DNA from: Schmidtea nova
Lineage: Eukaryota
Length of the DNA stretch: 64,000 bases
Direction: 5' to 3'
NCBI GenBank assembly: GCA_044892505.1
Contig: CM097883.1
Span: 109,988,001 to 110,052,000, forward strand
Numbering within the stretch: position 1 is the first letter of the stretch; each line of letters starts with the position of its first letter. A program made the position numbers and the translations under genes. A model generated the notes under the pieces. That model worked only from the letters and a program-made list of their open reading frames with translations, was not told the origin of the DNA and made no database searches. Positions 62,767 through 64,000 of this stretch are shown piece after piece.

Positions 62767-64000
62767 GCCATCAAAATGGAGAGATCAGCATAAAGCATTA
62801 AGGCTATTTTGCAGAAGATTTGCAGAAGAATTTTGTTGCTAAAAATTTTGAGGTTTTTTAGCTGGGAAATTTTAACAGAGAATCTCTTACTACTAGTATA
62901 CCAGTGTGACTCTACCAGAATATTATGAAAGAAGATTATTTATGGTCGTAAATCGAATTATTCGTAAGAAACTTGATTTTGTTTCCTAATTATAAAGGCC
63001 CGCGAAATCATGCCCTCGCTACCCGGCCTAGGTATTTTTCCTTATTTTAACCTTAGTCTATGTGTACTATATGATATTTTATGTATTCTTTTATGAAAAT
63101 TATAATTTTTATATTCAAACTTTTATTAAATTTCGTCACATTTTCTCAGTTACTAATATCATTTTATTGTTATTTATCATATATACATTTATATTTTTTT
63201 ATGTATTTCATTAAAACCATTTCCATACCCTCTGACAACCGTTCAGGCCTCGTGCCGAATGGATGGAAGTAGACTGAGCGGATCGCTGGTTCGATTCGTA
63301 ATCGATCAGCCCATTTTTCCGACTCACGGTGACACACCCAAACATCCATGATTACTTCATCCCAACTGGGGAACAGTGGCTTGGCCAAGGGCAAGGTTTT
63401 TCATATTAATGATCATCAATTTATATTAATGTATTTTTATCTGAATTATATTTTACAACATACAGTTAATTAAAATTTTATATTTTGATAAAAATCAACG
63501 TTAATTCGTCCAATATTATCTTTATTTCCATCAAACTTATAAGTATGAAACACACAGCTCATTATTCGCCTTCGCATTCGCAAAAACCTTTTTATCTCCT
63601 CAGAACTTTTGAGCCAAATGGAGGTTGAAATTATGAAAATTGTTAAAAACAGATGCTCAAAGATCAATTTAATTATTTGGAACACAACCGAAGAAGTGAA
63701 TAATTATCGATTTATAAAAAATCAAACCTCATAGAATTATAAAATTACAAAGATTTGTTCAAAAACAACAGCTCAATGATTATTAGAAATGCTTCGAACA
63801 TGTGAATAAAAATTGATTCCATCTATTTGAACCTCATTAAACCGAAGACTTTTGTAAAAATTTATAATTTATTTTGAAAGCTAATTATATATATAATTTT
63901 TTTATTGAATTACTTAGATTTGTGAGATTTGTGAATAAGAATTTTATTATTATATAAATTTTATAAAATTTTTAGATTTGGTTATAAAAATAAAGTTTTA
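62200..64000. mobile_element. Diverged same-orientation relative of the 1016-4721 element, running off the window end
   Basis: Collinear shared blocks: GTAGAGAGCGCGCAAGATTC (about 1064 / 62229), TATATACCGCCATCAAAATGGA (about 1625 / 62760), a block of about 175 bp (2000-2176 / 63223-63397), and AT-rich tail repeats. Confidence 0.75.

Overview
AT-rich eukaryotic (probably invertebrate animal) genomic DNA from a gapped assembly; the organism cannot be determined from the sequence. One host gene dominates: a plus-strand, multi-exon class-1 P4-ATPase phospholipid flippase (ATP8A-like) from about 13070 to 52872. Its introns are bimodal, with many of about 40-55 nt and several of multiple kb filled with transposon debris. 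The most striking host feature is a pair of paralogous, frame-incompatible (mutually exclusive) exons encoding the lipid-selecting TM4/PISL helix. There is also a symmetric 27-nt microexon just before the C-terminal GYAFS regulatory motif. The flanks and large introns carry decayed MULE, mariner, pogo/Tigger, hAT (Buster/SPIN-like), piggyBac, Gypsy and Penelope-like elements, MITEs, a palindromic fold-back repeat family and inverted minisatellite arrays. A 3.7-kb TG...CA insertion with a 4-bp ATAT target duplication (giant solo-LTR-like) carries split minus-strand coding remnants of unknown family; a diverged relative lies at the right end of the window. No rRNA, tRNA or CRISPR array is supported.
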